A stretch of DNA of 62,484 bases, counting the filler, from Dugesia japonica (taxonomy: Eukaryota), in assembly GCA_001938525.1 (NCBI GenBank). It is 6 parts of 6 records of this genome, joined end to end, with 100 filler letters (N's around TTAATTAATTAA, not from the genome) between each part and the next. Parts side by side here need not be neighbours in the genome. Positions count along the whole stretch, not along the records: positions 17,908 to 29,309 come from MQRL01533526.1; positions 29,410 to 44,112 come from MQRL01354703.1; 4 more parts are not named here. One strand, 5' to 3'. Both the position numbers and the translations under genes were made by a program. Below, piece by piece: positions 24,515 to 39,700 of the stretch. The notes under the pieces were generated by a model. The model made no database searches. It saw only the letters and a program-made list of their open reading frames with translations, and was not told where the DNA came from. Within the stretch, counting starts at the first letter, position 1. The number at the start of each line of letters is the position of its first letter.

Positions 24515-26145
24515 AGCTTGTGCTTTAACAATTAAAACGTTAAATTATAAAGTTATCAAAATTGCCAAAATTCTAAATGCCCAAAATAATAAGCCGAATT
24601 AAACAAAGTATCAATAATTTCTCATCATGGGGTTAGCAAAACCAAATTCATTCAAGATTAAATTAAAACTTAGAAACATTATGAATATAAATATTAACAA
24701 CAATATTATTCATAATAAGAATAATGATAACAACAATAACATAATAATAATGATAATACTAATAATGATTATAATATCCAATATCTATCATTTCTTTGCT
24801 TCATGATTTCTAACTATTACTTACTTGATAATGTTATAAATATTATAATAATACATTTATATTTTTATGGAATTCTTTTAAATTCCAAATATTATGTTAA
24901 TAACTTTATATTTATTGAATACTATTATAACATTTATATTGATATATAATATAATATATCACCAAACTTAACTTTTAACCAGCGTTCCAGCCCATTATGT
25001 TTATTAATGAGTGTTAAATTAATAAAATAATTAAAACCTTTGATAACAAATATATTGATTAGTTCTAGTTATGCAATCATGTATTTCATTGGATATAATT
25101 AAGGAAATGGTACCCAAATTATTTCTCTGCTCCATTGGCTGTGCAAGGAAATCTGAATGTTGTTAATTGGTAATTGAAATGAGTCAGTGTGTATCAAGTG
25201 GTTTTATTTATTTGTAGGTGAAATTGTTGGCTATTTTGGAGTTGATTTGTAAATTAGCTATTTAGACGGAGTTTAGATTTAGTTTTATGAATTTTAATTC
25301 TTACTTTTTTATTACAATTAACCAAATCGGATAAACTATGTATGTGAAATGTAAATAAATGACTAGTCTAAGTAGGCAGTACAATTTGGATAATTTTGAT
25401 TTTGAACATAATTTTGTGTAAAGTATTGTAATTATACAGAAATCTGTTTTACAATATATCAATGGACTAAAGATTAGTACGCATCGAGTAAGAACAATGA
25501 CAACTCTGTTATTTCTTTACTAGAAGCATACCTCGTATTGTTCGCTCGACACGCGTTTGGTAGTTTATGTTCGGTAGAATATTAAATGTTTATAGAACAA
25601 TTTTAACTATTCACTGCATAATTGATTCTCCAAAACGTATTTGATTAAAAAGGATACAAAACTTTTCAATAAATCTTTTACTGATCGTAATTATTCGCAT
25701 ATCGGTAGATAGATCTTTTAAAGACGAATAGTTTTTGCATTTATTTCATATTTTTCATAGTTGTCTCTTAAATGGAAAAATATAAAAAATTAACCACTTC
25801 ATTTGAAAATCCAAGGAAACCTGAGAGTTTTTCTTTAAACGTCTTTTTACGTTGAATTTTATAATTAACATTAAGACAATCTACTTATAAATTATTATTA
25901 ACAGACTATTTTTTGTGGCAAAGGGGGCAAAGTGTAGCTCTTTCAAGATATGTTATGGTTACATATTCAATCTAGTAAAATTAAATTCACTCTTATATTA
26001 CTTATTTTAATTTACTTTAAACTGATTATTTTAACTATTCATGCAAATAATTTGGTTCAGAATCTTCAACCAATATAGTTTGATTGTTTCTTGTTATAAA
26101 ATAGACATTAAATGATTTTCGATTATGTATTTGCTGATTAAATAT

Positions 26146-26260
26146 AATTCATTGAAAGAAAAGCTTCGATCAAAAAAAATTTTGATCGAAGCTTTTATTT
26201 CAATGAATTCTGAAAAACGATCAATGGTTACGTCCAAGAATTATTATCACAATAATTGTA
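26146..26260. repeat. Fold-back palindrome of the PLE terminal-repeat family
   Basis: 30-bp arms AATTCATTGAAA(G/T)AAAAGCTTCGATCAAAA, 29/30 complementary (26146-26209), followed by the family tail ATCAATGGTTACGTCCAAGAATTATT. Confidence 0.75.
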
Positions 26261-27278
26261 ATTAAATAAACTATTTATTATAAATTTTAGGAATAATTCT
26301 ATATCCTGAACTTAAATAAAATTATGTCGATCCCAAATATTTGGTAGGTTTTTAATTGTTAAAAGACGTTTTAATAATATTTCTTAAGAATTGTTTCATG
26401 GTTTCATCAAAAAACGTGAAAATCTTTTCATATAATAAACCTATATTTAATTTCACAAATAATCACACTTACTTCTGTCTTCGACTAATTCGGCTTAATT
26501 GAAAGTTTTAAAATTTTTTCAATATTATTGAAATTATTAATAAATTAAAAACTATTGTAGGAATATTGGTTTTTTTCACTTGTAAAATACTGGAAAACAT
26601 TTGAAAAGAGAAAATATAGAGAATTTCAGACGAAATTTCACTCGTATAGATTTCAATAGAAAATAACTTAAAAATGTAAAATTTCTCCAAGGACACTGTG
26701 GCAGTTATAATTGATCACTTAGGACCCATTAACTCAAAAAATAGATACATAAATATTGAATTTTTGAAAAATATTACCACAACAACACTGATAAGTGGTG
26801 AACTATTAAAAATGTCCCCGAAGTAAAACAATTTTTTTCTGAAAATTTTGCAAGGCATGATGATATTAAAATATGTTATTAGAAATAGAAAAAAAACATT
26901 TTTTTTTTGAGAAAATAGCTCTTTTCTAATCATCGAAATTGATAAAGTTATTTATTACGGAGAATTTCTATTCAGAAAATATTAATTCAAAAATGTTAAT
27001 TAAATTGTTAATTTCATGTAATTAGAGTTTTTTATTATTATCAAATTTACAATTTTTATTGAAAATAAAAATGTTAAAATATCTAGCTGAATATTTTATT
27101 TATTCACAAAGTTATAAATAAAGATTTTTCTTAAATTCATTTGGATAAATTTCAGTATTAATTAACAATTTATTAATTATTTCATTAATTTATCCAAAAG
27201 AGTCAATCAGTATAAATAGCTCTTTTTCATATTTTTTATATTTTACTAGACTTCATATAATAAATTCATTTTATAAGA

Positions 27279-27279
<1 letters not shown>

Positions 27280-27339
<60 letters not shown>

Positions 27340-27389
27340 NNNNNNNNNNNNNNNNNNNNNNNNNNNNNNNNNNNNNNNNNNNNNNNNNN

Positions 27390-27445
<56 letters not shown>
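27280..27445. repeat. (AAT)n microsatellite spanning a gap
   Basis: Direct reading. Confidence 0.95.
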
Positions 27446-27446
<1 letters not shown>

Positions 27447-27592
27447 TGTCAGAGATTATTGATGCATGTAAATATTTTGATTCTAATTGCTATTTTTATT
27501 TTATTAAAAATTGCTTTATTTTAAAAAAGTTGTTTTAATATTAAAAATTTTTGGTCGTGGTAAAAAAAATGGTCGCGTGCAAGTTTAATTAA

Positions 27593-27837
27593 CCCGTTAA
27601 CGCCCAATTTAATTATAAATTTTTATGTGACGCAGTGCAGAGAGATAAATTTTTACAGAGGTTTCGAAGCGAATAACACCAACACTAAAATACGTCTGAT
27701 AAAAGCAATACATGCAAAGTGTAGGCATATTATTGTTTATTACTTTTATTCTAAAATTAGAATGGAATAAGGTTTAGGTAGAGTACTAGAAAAATCATAA
27801 AGCGTGTCCTCAAAAGAGGACGCTGGATGCTAATGAG
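27593..27837. mobile_element. piggyBac-type MITE
   Basis: TTAA on both sides; ends CCCGTTAACGCCCA and (reverse complement) CTCATTAGCATCCA; subterminal hairpin GTCCTC-AAAA-GAGGAC. Confidence 0.5.
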
Positions 27838-27959
27838 TTAAAGATCTATTATAGTGATAAAAACGAGTTTAATCCAGATTTGGAAAATTGATATTTATTG
27901 TGAATTTAAAGATTTATAATTTATTGGCGATTTATAGATACGAGTAAACAACTGGTTGA

Positions 27960-28080
27960 AGTAATCTTCGATAAATTTCAAAGTAAACCGAGTATACAAG
28001 TTAGTATTTTTGGAGTTACAATGTATTGTTTGTTAGATACCAGAGCTCGTATTAATAATATGAATAAAAATGTTGATTTA
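27960..28080 (+). mobile_element. Gypsy aspartic protease fragment
   Basis: KPSIQVSIFGVTMYCLLDTRARINNM (LLDTGA-like). Confidence 0.65.
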
Positions 28081-28169
28081 TTGCAAATTATTACCTTTTG
28101 TTGATCATAATTGGTCTAGATTCTATTAACAGTCTAAAATAAATACAATAATTGACTGATACTATCGGC

Positions 28170-29200
28170 TGTTAATAAAATAATACATGTTATTTATCTA
28201 CTCTATCCATTGACATACTGTAACACATTGGTTTTACTTTATTACTGATGGATTGAAAAAAGAAATGGAATCAGAATATAGAATATCATTGTTGAAGAAA
28301 AAAGTTACATATGAAACAGTAGCGCGTAAAATTCCAAATTTCAAATAATAGATTTAATAAACCAAGATTCAATGGAAATTTAAATCAAAGTAAAAATTAT
28401 GAGTAGAAATATGATTCCAATATATATCGAAGAAACACCGGAAATTTTATGAGAGAAAATTATAAACCAAATTTTCAGACTTTCAGAGTGAGAAAATGTT
28501 GGGCATGTAGAGAAGAAGGTCACATACGCTCACAATGTCCTACTGTTAAATGTTCGCCTTGTAAGAATCTAGGACATCTCCGATTTTAATGTCATGATAT
28601 TAATCCTTTTAGATCAGAAAGAAGACAAATGTACAACAAGCCATGAAGATTTCAAATAAATGCCTATGATGATGATGATGATGCCTGACCCAGTGATGGA
28701 TTAGATCAAGGAGATTTTTCGGGAAATACCAAAGCTCTGATGCGGGAGTATACAATTGGAGCTATAAATTTAGGTTAGATAATAATGTTTTGAGCACTAA
28801 TGTATGTGATATGAATACTTGTGAATGTTAGTTTGATGTAAATAATAAAAATTATAAAAAATTGAATGACTTAGTTTGCTTTAATGAATGTAAATATTTG
28901 TCGATTGATGATTTATTTAACAAAACTATAGAATATAAAAATGAAAATTTTTTTGGATAATATTTTAATTCCTACTGGTGTTTCAGTTTTAAATAAGGAT
29001 TTAAATAATGCAAATTAAATAAATAATTATGAAGATAAGATTGTGTACAATAAAATTTCAGGAAGACCCTGTTTAAAGTTAAAGCTAAATAACGAATTAA
29101 ATGTTGATTGTCTACTTGATACTGGTGCTAAAATTAATGTGATTGACCGTGCAATATTTTTAAACTTAAATATTACTAAAAATAAAAGTGAATATATTAA
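28170..29200 (+). mobile_element. Gypsy gag (two CCHC knuckles) and protease remnant
   Basis: CWACREEGHIRSQC-PTVK-CSPCKNLGHLRF*C at ~28490-28595; GRPCLKLKLNNELNVDCLLDTGAKINVI at ~29060-29145. Confidence 0.85.
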
Positions 29201-29309
29201 TGTTAAATAGTAACATTAAAACATTAAAAAAGTAACATTAACATAAAATAAGTAACGTCATTTAAAATAAAACTTTATTGTTATATATTTTGACGGATTA
29301 ACCGTCATC

Positions 29310-29409
29310 NNNNNNNNNNNNNNNNNNNNNNNNNNNNNNNNNNNNNNNNNNNNTTAATTAATTAANNNNNNNNNNNNNNNNNNNNNNNNNNNNNNNNNNN
29401 NNNNNNNNN
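29310..29409. other. Artificial contig-joining spacer
   Basis: 44N-TTAATTAATTAA-44N. Confidence 0.95.
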
Positions 29410-29559
29410 TATATCATAATTTAACCTATGATAAATGAAATCATAGGTTCAGATTTGATATATATATATATATATATATATATTTCGATGAATCAAAAGT
29501 GATTCAGTTTATTTTGATATTTAATAAATATTTGTAGTAAATTGTTGTTGTATCTTAAC

Positions 29560-30380
29560 CTAACAGTCACAAATATTTATATCTTTCAACATTGATTGTT
29601 TCCTTCCTTTCTAATAATTCAGAGTAATGGTATCCCCTTTGTGAAATAGAAATAATGACCATATACTTATTTTCCATCGTAGATCTGACAGGAGTCTGAG
29701 AAGGACCATAACCACTAACAACAGTTTATTCGGTTAACCAAGTACCAACTTTATTAGCTGCTTTAACTCTTCTCCAATAAAAAACTTTTCGTCAAAAGCC
29801 TACAAAGCCTTTTTTGTCATAAATCAATTAATTAATTACGTCGATCATCACAAAGAGCTTTGTTGCCATATGTAAGAGCATGATGTACCCATTTCGTGTG
29901 ATACCATAGAACCTCTAAATCTTCTTGAACTAAACGTTGAACCATCGAACGTGTTATTTGCAAATATTAGGATATTTCGTCAATAGTCATATTTCCATAT
30001 TCTCCTATACACCTTTAACATTATTAATATTAAGTAAACGTTCCTCGCTTTTTCTTCTTCCACTTCCTTTCTGGCGCTGAAATATGTGTCTTTCTCTAGT
30101 GCGAAATTGTCTCATAAGTTTTCTAATTTGAATAACACTTATATATTCCTGTGGTCATGCTTTATGAAGGATCTCATAAAACTCACAAGGCTTCATGTTA
30201 TTACATCTAAGAGTTTCAATTAAGAAATACATTTGATCTTTTGTGCATTCTATAATAATCTGAAATTATTTTATGAAACAAATTTAAAGTTACGCTTACT
30301 TATTCAATTAAATAAACACAATTTTAATTTGAAATATTTATAAATATTTAAAAACCATCATTTATTTCGAGAAAGCCTAT
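29560..30380 (-). mobile_element. mariner remnant, same family as 46096-47277
   Basis: Colinear with the second copy (shared CACAAGGCTTCATGTT, AGGATATTTCGTCAATAGTCATATT, GTCTGAGAAGGACCATA); 3'-truncated. Confidence 0.8.
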
Positions 30381-30780
30381 ATTATTATATTATTAGCGTT
30401 TGTGTTTGCTAGGGAATATTTTGAGAATAATCTTTGAGGGGTTAATAATACCTGGAGTTAATAAAAAATATGTAAATGGATAGATTATTCGTCATTAAAA
30501 TTTCTGAAAAATCACAACAAAATTTAATTTAATTTTATATAGAAATAAAGAAAATTATGTTAAATTATTTCGATTATCGGAACATAGTTTAATGTACTTC
30601 TTACATCATATAAATAAGACATGGAATTTGGAAAAATAATGATTTATATGAAGTGGATATTTCATACAAGCCAGCGAAATTCCAATGAAGAACATGTAAA
30701 TAAAAGCATTAATGATAATTATTTCTATTAAAAGAGAATGTTGAAAAGATTTTATATATTTCTAAAAAAGAAAAACAAAC

Positions 30781-33700
30781 TTCGGTAATGTGTTTCTCAG
30801 TGATTTTTTGAAATGACATATAAAAGTTCATTTTCTCGCAGTTTCTAAACAAAGCTCCCATTAATCCATCAGGGGGATTGTCAACTTTATAGGCTAATTT
30901 CAATGAAAATTCCAAATACTGATCTAATAGTTGATAATCATTTGGTTTCTAAATAAATACATAAAAAATAAAATCATTATTAAAGAAAACAAAATAGGCC
31001 AAAAAGAATTAATGTTTAGAAACATTTGTACATCGTCCATTAGTTATTTCAGAAAAGTTATTTATTATTTATTTATTCAAACAAAATGCATTTAATATAA
31101 AAGCTTAGATCAAAATTTAGGTTTTAATTATTGATATTGGATAACAAATCGATATTTCGACCTTGTCTTCGTCAGGAAAATCAAACAAAATGTTTCATAT
31201 TTCATATTATAAGAAAATAAATAATTATAAAGAATTTAAACCAATAGAAATAAGGTAAAATAATTATAATTATACAATTGGTAATATTTACCATATATTT
31301 ATTTAATTAAATATATTTATTTAATTTAAATACTACCAAGGAAAAATTATAAAATAAACCGAAGAAAATCTTATATAATATAATAAATACTACTGAAGAA
31401 ATATTCTTATATAAAAATTTAATACCACCGCGGAAATTCTTAAATAAATCTATTAAAAAATACTAACGGCATTAAATTCTTATATAATACTAAATTCAAA
31501 TTTGAAAAATAAATTTCTTATTTATTATCATTATTTTGCATTTAAAATTATTATTATTATTTCAAATTTATTATTATGTATGTATAATACTTTATGTATA
31601 ATTTATTATGTATTTATAATTGTGTATGAATGTAGAATTTATCATTTTGATTTATTAATTATTAAATAAAAAATATATTTATGAAATTAAAAAAATTATA
31701 TTTACATCAAATTAATTTAGAATATTTAAACAAGGGAAAAAACCCAATATAAATTTAAATAATTTTTGAAAAAAAGAATTAAAATAAAAGAGTGCGAAAT
31801 TTAAAATTTGAAATAATTTAGTAAAATATTGAAAAATTTCGAATTAAGAAAACGAACAAAAATTAAGTAATCGTACAAAAATTTTTTTCGTAGGTTTTTA
31901 ACATTAGAAAATCATAACTGGCTTAGGTAATCACACAAAAATTCATCGCCGCCTATTGACATTACAAATTCATAACTCACTTTTTTGAGCTACTATCCTA
32001 CTACTAAGGTTAAATGTTATTTGAAAATCCATTTTTTTAATTACATGTGCTTCACATGAAATATCAAAAAGTGAGCACCTTCGATAAATCCTTCTGTTCG
32101 CGTTCAATAATGGAGAAAAGTCTTTAAACCGACAGGGATATTTGCGCAGTGTACAGTGAAGATGCAATAAATAAAAGAATATCTCGTCAACGGTTTTGCC
32201 ATTTCAACCTGAAGCTGAAGGAGCTTTTGGGGCGATCAATATAATTCAATGATGACAATTTAAAAGATTCCAGCCAAAACACATTCGAATTGATTTGGCA
32301 GATGGATTCTTGTCATATGACCGTATACTGTAATCTTCAGTCGATGGAAAAATTTAAGAAATTCGATGCATTAAGTGAAAGTAACAAAAGTCAACGTACG
32401 ACGATGCCTTCTGGTTTGCTTGCGCGACATCAACCGACACATGGTTACAAGAAAAGGTTTTTTAACCACATCATTTGGTGAAATTGACAAGGCGTCATCC
32501 ATTACGAGATACTTGAACGCAACTAGACAGTCAACACGGAACTATATATTTTGCAAAAACAGTAGTTCAACACGCCATTTCAACAAAAAAGCCATAATCG
32601 CAATTTGGTGTTCTCTTGCAACATGATAATGCCCACCCTCATATCAACCACATCATGAAAATGCTATTCAAGCCACTGGTTAGGAAATCATGTCAAATTT
32701 CGAATATGTTTGGACGAATTCTTCGATTTAAAACAGATTAATTTATATAGCAGAGGCATTGAAAAACTTGTAGAACGCAGTCGACAATTTGTAAATAGTG
32801 TAGGAGAATATATTTTTGACTAATTTGTTATTTCTTTTTTAAATTATATTCATATTAATTGGGAAAAACCCATACAATTTATATTAACATATAATATATT
32901 CCAATAAATTTTACATTTGTTTATAAATTTATAAAATCAAATTTATTCTACAATGTTTAAAAATGTTAAGATAAAATTTTATAAGTGCTTAATGTTTTTA
33001 ATACAAATTAGCTGATATTTATAACTTTAAAAATTGAGATCATTAGCTCCCAAAACATTTAATCTTTTTACTCATTCTCTCCTTTCAGTTATATTTAACG
33101 AATAATTTTCACAAAAAATTGATACTTGTCGTCGACATATAACGAAAACTATTCCTGATTCTTCCGTAACAATTTTAAATATTAACAACATTTTCACGGC
33201 TTGACCATTCAACTTCCTTTTCATTGAAATTATCTACTAGTGGCCTAAGTAGATTTATCATTCTCAGGGCATTCAAATCACTTCGACTTTACGATTCTTC
33301 ATAACTGATATCTGATGGATTATATGATATTTTATCAGTGACCATCTCATAACTTTCACAAATTTTTTATTACATTAATTAATTATGTCTTTATATTTTA
33401 AAGAAAACTAGACAAGGATAAGCAATCGTGAAACTAGATACAACGANTAACACAATGAGACTATAAATATTAAAAAGTATCACAATAAATAAATGCAAAT
33501 CGAAATCACATTAAATTGATTGCGGGTGATAACATGAATCCGAAATTTAAAGTGTTAATATTTAGTTTTATTATGTATTTTAAATAAAAAAAATGTAATA
33601 AATAATTTTTCATTTTAAGTATAATGAAAAGAAAGATTTTTTGAATAATTTTATAACAGATGATTTATTAAATAATTACAAAAAATATATAAAAATTCAT

Positions 33701-36700
33701 TAATTTACATAAATTAAGACTTGATCTTACATTTTCTTCGGAAGACATTGTAAAATAACGACAGAAATCCGTTTGTACAATATTGGTCGTTAAAAGATGA
33801 GCCAAAACAACGATCATTATGGTAGATGAAAATAAAAATGCGAATACAATAGACCTGAAGGTAAAATAGATACATATCAAAATGATTTCTTAATAAAATT
33901 TCGGAAAATAATACTATTAAAATTACACCTAATTCTGTTTTTAAGAATTTGATTTTACACGATTCAAAAAAATTATTTATTTCTTATTCTATAAGCGATG
34001 CAAAAAGTTTCATAAAAATAATTTTTACAAAGAACATGTATATATTACCTTTTATCTCGTTTCTTGGCATAAAAAATCAATTCCCAGAAAATATGACGAT
34101 CTTTCTAATATTATATTATCATATGGTTCAGTTTTGATTATTTTTTCATTATATTAATGGTGCAGAAAAGTTATGAGAAAAATTTATATCAAAATTATTT
34201 TATTTATTAACAAAAAATAATTAATCATTTATGTAGATGCTATCATTTTCAATAACTTTTTGCTAACGAATGAATCCCACCCGAATAAAATTTGACTTCT
34301 TTTTCAATAAAATACTTAGAAGTCCAATTTCATGTTTTCTAAACTTTTATAATTTTTTACCTCTGAAAAAGTGTTCGACAGAATTGAAAAAGTAATAATC
34401 TGATGGTGCTATGTCGGGACTATATGGTGGATGTTGCAAAACTTAATGAAGAATAACCCCTTTTCTATTAATCAATTCATGAAATTTCTTTGCCAAAACC
34501 GATTTTGAATTATCTAATTGCCCACAATAGAATTCATTGTTATTCGTTTGTCTTGATTCCAATAACTCCCAATGCACTGGTCGTTTAAAATCCCACCAAA
34601 CAGACAGTAATGATTTTTTTGATGAAAATTTGAATTGCAAAGTGTAATCCACAAAGATTTTTGATTTTTACTCAATTTGTATAGCATTCAAATACTTATA
34701 CGAAAAGACTTCTCGATTTGATATAAATTGTCTCTTATAGTTTATCTATTGGCTGACATCTTATGGATTAACTCTTCAAAACTTTGCCTAGGATCTGATT
34801 CAACTAATTGTCTAAAAATATGATTGTCCTCAAGACTTCTATTGCTATTTCGAAATGTTTCATACCAACGATAACATTGGTCATATTTAAATATATATTT
34901 AAACATAAAATCAATTTTTGTTAAATTTGTAAAAAAAAATTTTAATTCTTCAATAATAACATAACAAAATGAATAACTTTTTTCTCATTACTTTTCTGCA
35001 CCCTTAATAAATGGTTGCAATATTTATTTTTTTCGTTATTTTTGGCTTTGTTTGATGAATAAAATATAATTTATTTATTAAACAGTTATTTTTTATTCTA
35101 TTTTTTTTATTTATTCCAATTTTTTTCTATAATTAGCTATTTTTAAAATAGTTTACCTAAAAACGATAAGTTCGTATATTTAAAGTTGTTTAATAATATT
35201 TCATGAAATGGTTTCCTTACTACGTAGTTGCTACAGAAAAAAATAGTAATAAACAATAAATATTGAATTGATTCAGTAATTATTTACAATTTAATAAATT
35301 ACTAATCTTTGAATCCATTAGTTATTTATATAGAATTACTAAACCAAATATATTCTGATGTGTTCAATTTTTATCATCTAAAACCCACAATAAATTGGTT
35401 CTAATTATAGAGGTTTTTATTAAAATTATAAATGTGCAATTATTAAAAGCAATCTAAATTGATCCAATAATTATTTCAATAGATAGAATTAATAAATATA
35501 AATTTACGTCATTAGACAATTGGCCCCAACTCCTCGATTAAAACAGCCAGCATCTTCATCCGGACGTTCACCGCAATTACCATACAAAAGCCCCAAAAAG
35601 TTGAATATTATAATCAACACTATTGCGACAGATAAGCCAATATAAACATAATATCGCTTTGTTTCATAGACTTTTGTTTGTTGAAAAGTTTTGTAATTAT
35701 TGGAATCATTTTTTGTTGGTGAAGGAATATTTTGATTAACTGTATCTACTAACACTAAACTTTGATCGATTAGATTAACAAAAATCTTTTTCACGCTTTC
35801 CGAAAAGGATTTATTATTGATCATGTCTTTAATTGCTATAAAGGAATAATAAAATTACTTTTACAAAAATAATTGTCAATGTAAATAAAGTGTGATTAAA
35901 GGAAATTCACGTCAAAATTAAAATTTATTTTTAGATTTTTAAATTAATTTTCTTTTTTCCTAGGTAAAAAATTATACCAAAGTTTATATACCAAAATTAA
36001 TACTGGAAAATAAACGACTTTACCTTGTAATATTTAAAACCAATGTTCTTTTTTATTAATTTTGTAATGTTTGAAATGTAATTGAATTTTAAATCGAAAA
36101 TAATTGTTCTACAAAATAAGTTCGTCCAAAATAAAATAATATTTCGAACATTAATAAAGTACAGTGGAACCTCTGAAAAGTGATCACCCTATATTGGTGA
36201 CCACCTCCATGAAAGTGACCACTTTTTTGATTATGTTTGTAAAATACGGGAAGTCTTAGACTTTAAGGTCAAAATTTGGCAAAAAACGTAACCACTGATA
36301 AAAATATTTTTAATGATTTTTACTTAATTTTGAAAATATTGAAATTAAAAAAGATTTAAATTGATAAATAAAATGTGGAAAAGTTTGCTTTAATAACTAT
36401 TTTCCGCGTAATTAAAATTACGTGGAAGTGGTAACAACACTACTAATCTTAATCAATCTCTGTATGCTGGAATTTTTAAAATTTTAAAGACAATTACAAA
36501 AAATCTATTACAGGAAGGCTTATGTTTTCAGAGAATTACAATATGAACATAAATCTATAACGATATTAGACGCAATAATATGGTTGAAGCAATATTAATT
36601 TTTTTTTGGTTTTGGATAACAATTTAATATTTGGACTTTGTCTTCTTCAGGAATTGACTTTCAATTCCTGAATGAAAAATTAATGAATTCATTTAAATGT

Positions 36701-39700
36701 ATTTAAATGAATGAATTTAAATGAATTCTGAAAAAAAATCAATGGTTATGTCCAACAATTATTCTTGAATTAATAATGAATTAAATGATTTCATATATAA
36801 TCTGCAAACGTGCTATGGTGAAGGACTAGATAGTTCCGAATCTGATTATGGTGCAATTCATATGCACAAGAATTATATCTATAAAATTATGTATGATTTA
36901 AAAGAATACTCTACTGATTACTAAATTAGTCAGTTAATAGAGATATATTAGGTAGTAAATATCCTGATCTAGTCAGCAAAGCCACCGAAAGAAAATATTC
37001 TTAGATATTTGTTCAAATAAATATTTTAATATTCGTTTTAATGATTTTTTAAAATGATTTTAGCATAACATCAAAAAAGTGACCACCGTCACTTTTGAGA
37101 GGTTCCACTGTATAAGTAAAATTCAGTTGTAATATTCAGATTATATTAAAAGAACATTATTACAATAAATTTAAATCATTCTAATTTGTATATAGTAATA
37201 ATCTTTATTAAATAAAGAAATTAGTCAAAAATTTTTAATAATTTTATCAAGTTCATTTTGATCTTAGGAGTGCATATTAAACACTAGTTTTAGTATTAAA
37301 CTCGCTTAAAATAACCAATCCAAAAATTAAACAATTGTAAAAAGTACAGAATTTAACACTCGATAAAATATAAAAACTGTGCAAATAAACATTTGACTTG
37401 GTCTGTTGAAATTTAAAGAAAATGTCAGATATTAAAAAAAAATAAACATTTATATTTTACAGAATTAGCTGTTGAAAAACTGAAATAAATTTTTATATTG
37501 AAAATGAAAAAAAAATTAACAAATATCTAATATTGTTGAAAGATTTTCATAGACATTATCTTCTCTAGAAATTCATTTAAATGAAATATTTTTTATGAAT
37601 AAATAAGTCTTATCTGATCAAAATTATTTTATAAATTTTTCTGCAAATAATTTTAATTTTTTACTTATTTCTTGAGTTGATTCAAAATTTTCAAAAAAGC
37701 ATTATTTCAGTTAAGATAATTTAAAATATTTTCAAATATAGATCGAGATAATTAAGATAAATACACGTGATATTAAAATTAATAAAATACCAATATGCAA
37801 GTAAAACTTTACTAATAACAAGAAGAATTCTACATTATCAATATTTAATAAATTTAAATTTATTCACTTCTGAGGTAAATAGTAACATCTTACTTCAAAT
37901 TTTTAATTTCACATTATTAATTTTGCAAATAACTTTTACTGTTTTAATTACATAAAAATTATATTATTCAATCGTAATCAAAAAAATAGTTGAATATTTA
38001 CGTTCATAAATATTCATTTATAAATATTCCCCGATTTACACAAAAGATTCACTTCTCAGAATACCACGTAAATCAAAGTCGAAGTATTTAATATATAGAA
38101 TCCTGTATATCATATATCAGGTATAGATTAGAAACACATTCATTTCATGACTGACTGAAAATATAGACAGTTAAAAATTTGACCAATTTTTTTAAGCGAA
38201 CTAGTTTCTTCACGTACTGTTTATTGCTGGGTTTATTGAAATTACAAGGAGACCTGGACAAAAATCCAAAAATATCTACAGAAATTAATAAGAGATTCGG
38301 GATTTATTATTATATTGCATTCGGATATTTGTACTCCAGAACAAAGCGTGTAAATGAATACCTTAAAAATTATTTGGAAAAAATTATGTTCTTCATAACT
38401 TTTTTGCAACCATATTACACCATTTTTGGATCGAAAAATAACTGAGGTTAAAGTCTGAGTTCACTACGATAACATTACAAATAACTGCTTTATAATAAAC
38501 CTGGTTCGCCTGTATCTAAACAACAACTAAACCCTAACCAGGAAATGCTATTTTTTGTGGTAAGTTATGAAGGTTAGTGTATACACAGACTTGAAATCTG
38601 GAGAAAGTTACAACAGAAATTTACAGTTTTAAAATTAGCAATGCTAAATGATGTTAAGGAAAACATTGATTAAAATTTCACTGAAAATATTGAAATATTT
38701 GAATATTTCATTTGAAAATGTGTTATTTTAAAAATCATATAAAACAATACCACATTATTGAAGTAACCTCTAAATTGAAACAATTTTATATTGATTTTTA
38801 TATTTATATTGAAACGATTATTAAATTATAATCAATATTATGTAACATGACTATTATTATTATTGATAATAATAAAACTGATAATTTCAGAAATTAATAT
38901 AAAAGGATTTACTTTTTGTTAGATAAGTTTGAAATGCTCATCGGATAATTAATGTCAAAACTCATTTCCATAAGATTTATTAACAAAAAAAAACTATATC
39001 CAACACTATTTATTTATTCCAACAAATTAAAATTCCATATTTTAATTGATAATCGTTTTTCTAATATTTAAATTTTAAACAAAATTTTTACTTTATAATT
39101 GAATCGTCATTTAAAATTTAAAAAAAAATGCTCAATCGTTATTTAAATTCTCATCCAAAATTTAAATATTTTTAAATAAAAAGATTTAAAGAAAAATGAT
39201 CTCCAACCACACAAAAATTTCAACTCGCTTTTCAAAACATACTCACAATTTTTATACTAATTAAACATTAAAGTAACTATAAAAAATAAAATATACTAAA
39301 TAACTAGTAGCTAACCAACACTAACAGTTTTTAACAAAGTGAACTAATGGTTACAATTTTTTTTTTGAGAGATCACTTTAAGACAGATTCTATTGTTTAT
39401 TATCGGACAGTTGTACAGCATATTTTAATCGAATTTCGTAAAACAATTTAAAATTAATTTTATTAATTTTTTTTACAGCACAATACGAAAAAAAATGATA
39501 AAAAAGTATTTATNTAATATTTATATTTACATTACACATATCAGTTTATGAAAAATATATTTTTGAATATTTATAACACTAATGAAATACTAAGTGAATT
39601 CAACAGATAAGAAATGATAGGTTCACACATCAAAAGTACTGTGGCACAAACATTAAGTGAATGGATTCAAATATATTGGTGTGTTATCGAAGATTTGTGG

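Noticed and set aside
38040-38630. Possible Gypsy RT remnant in a prominin intron
   Set aside because: Only weak motif traces and no intact YxDD.
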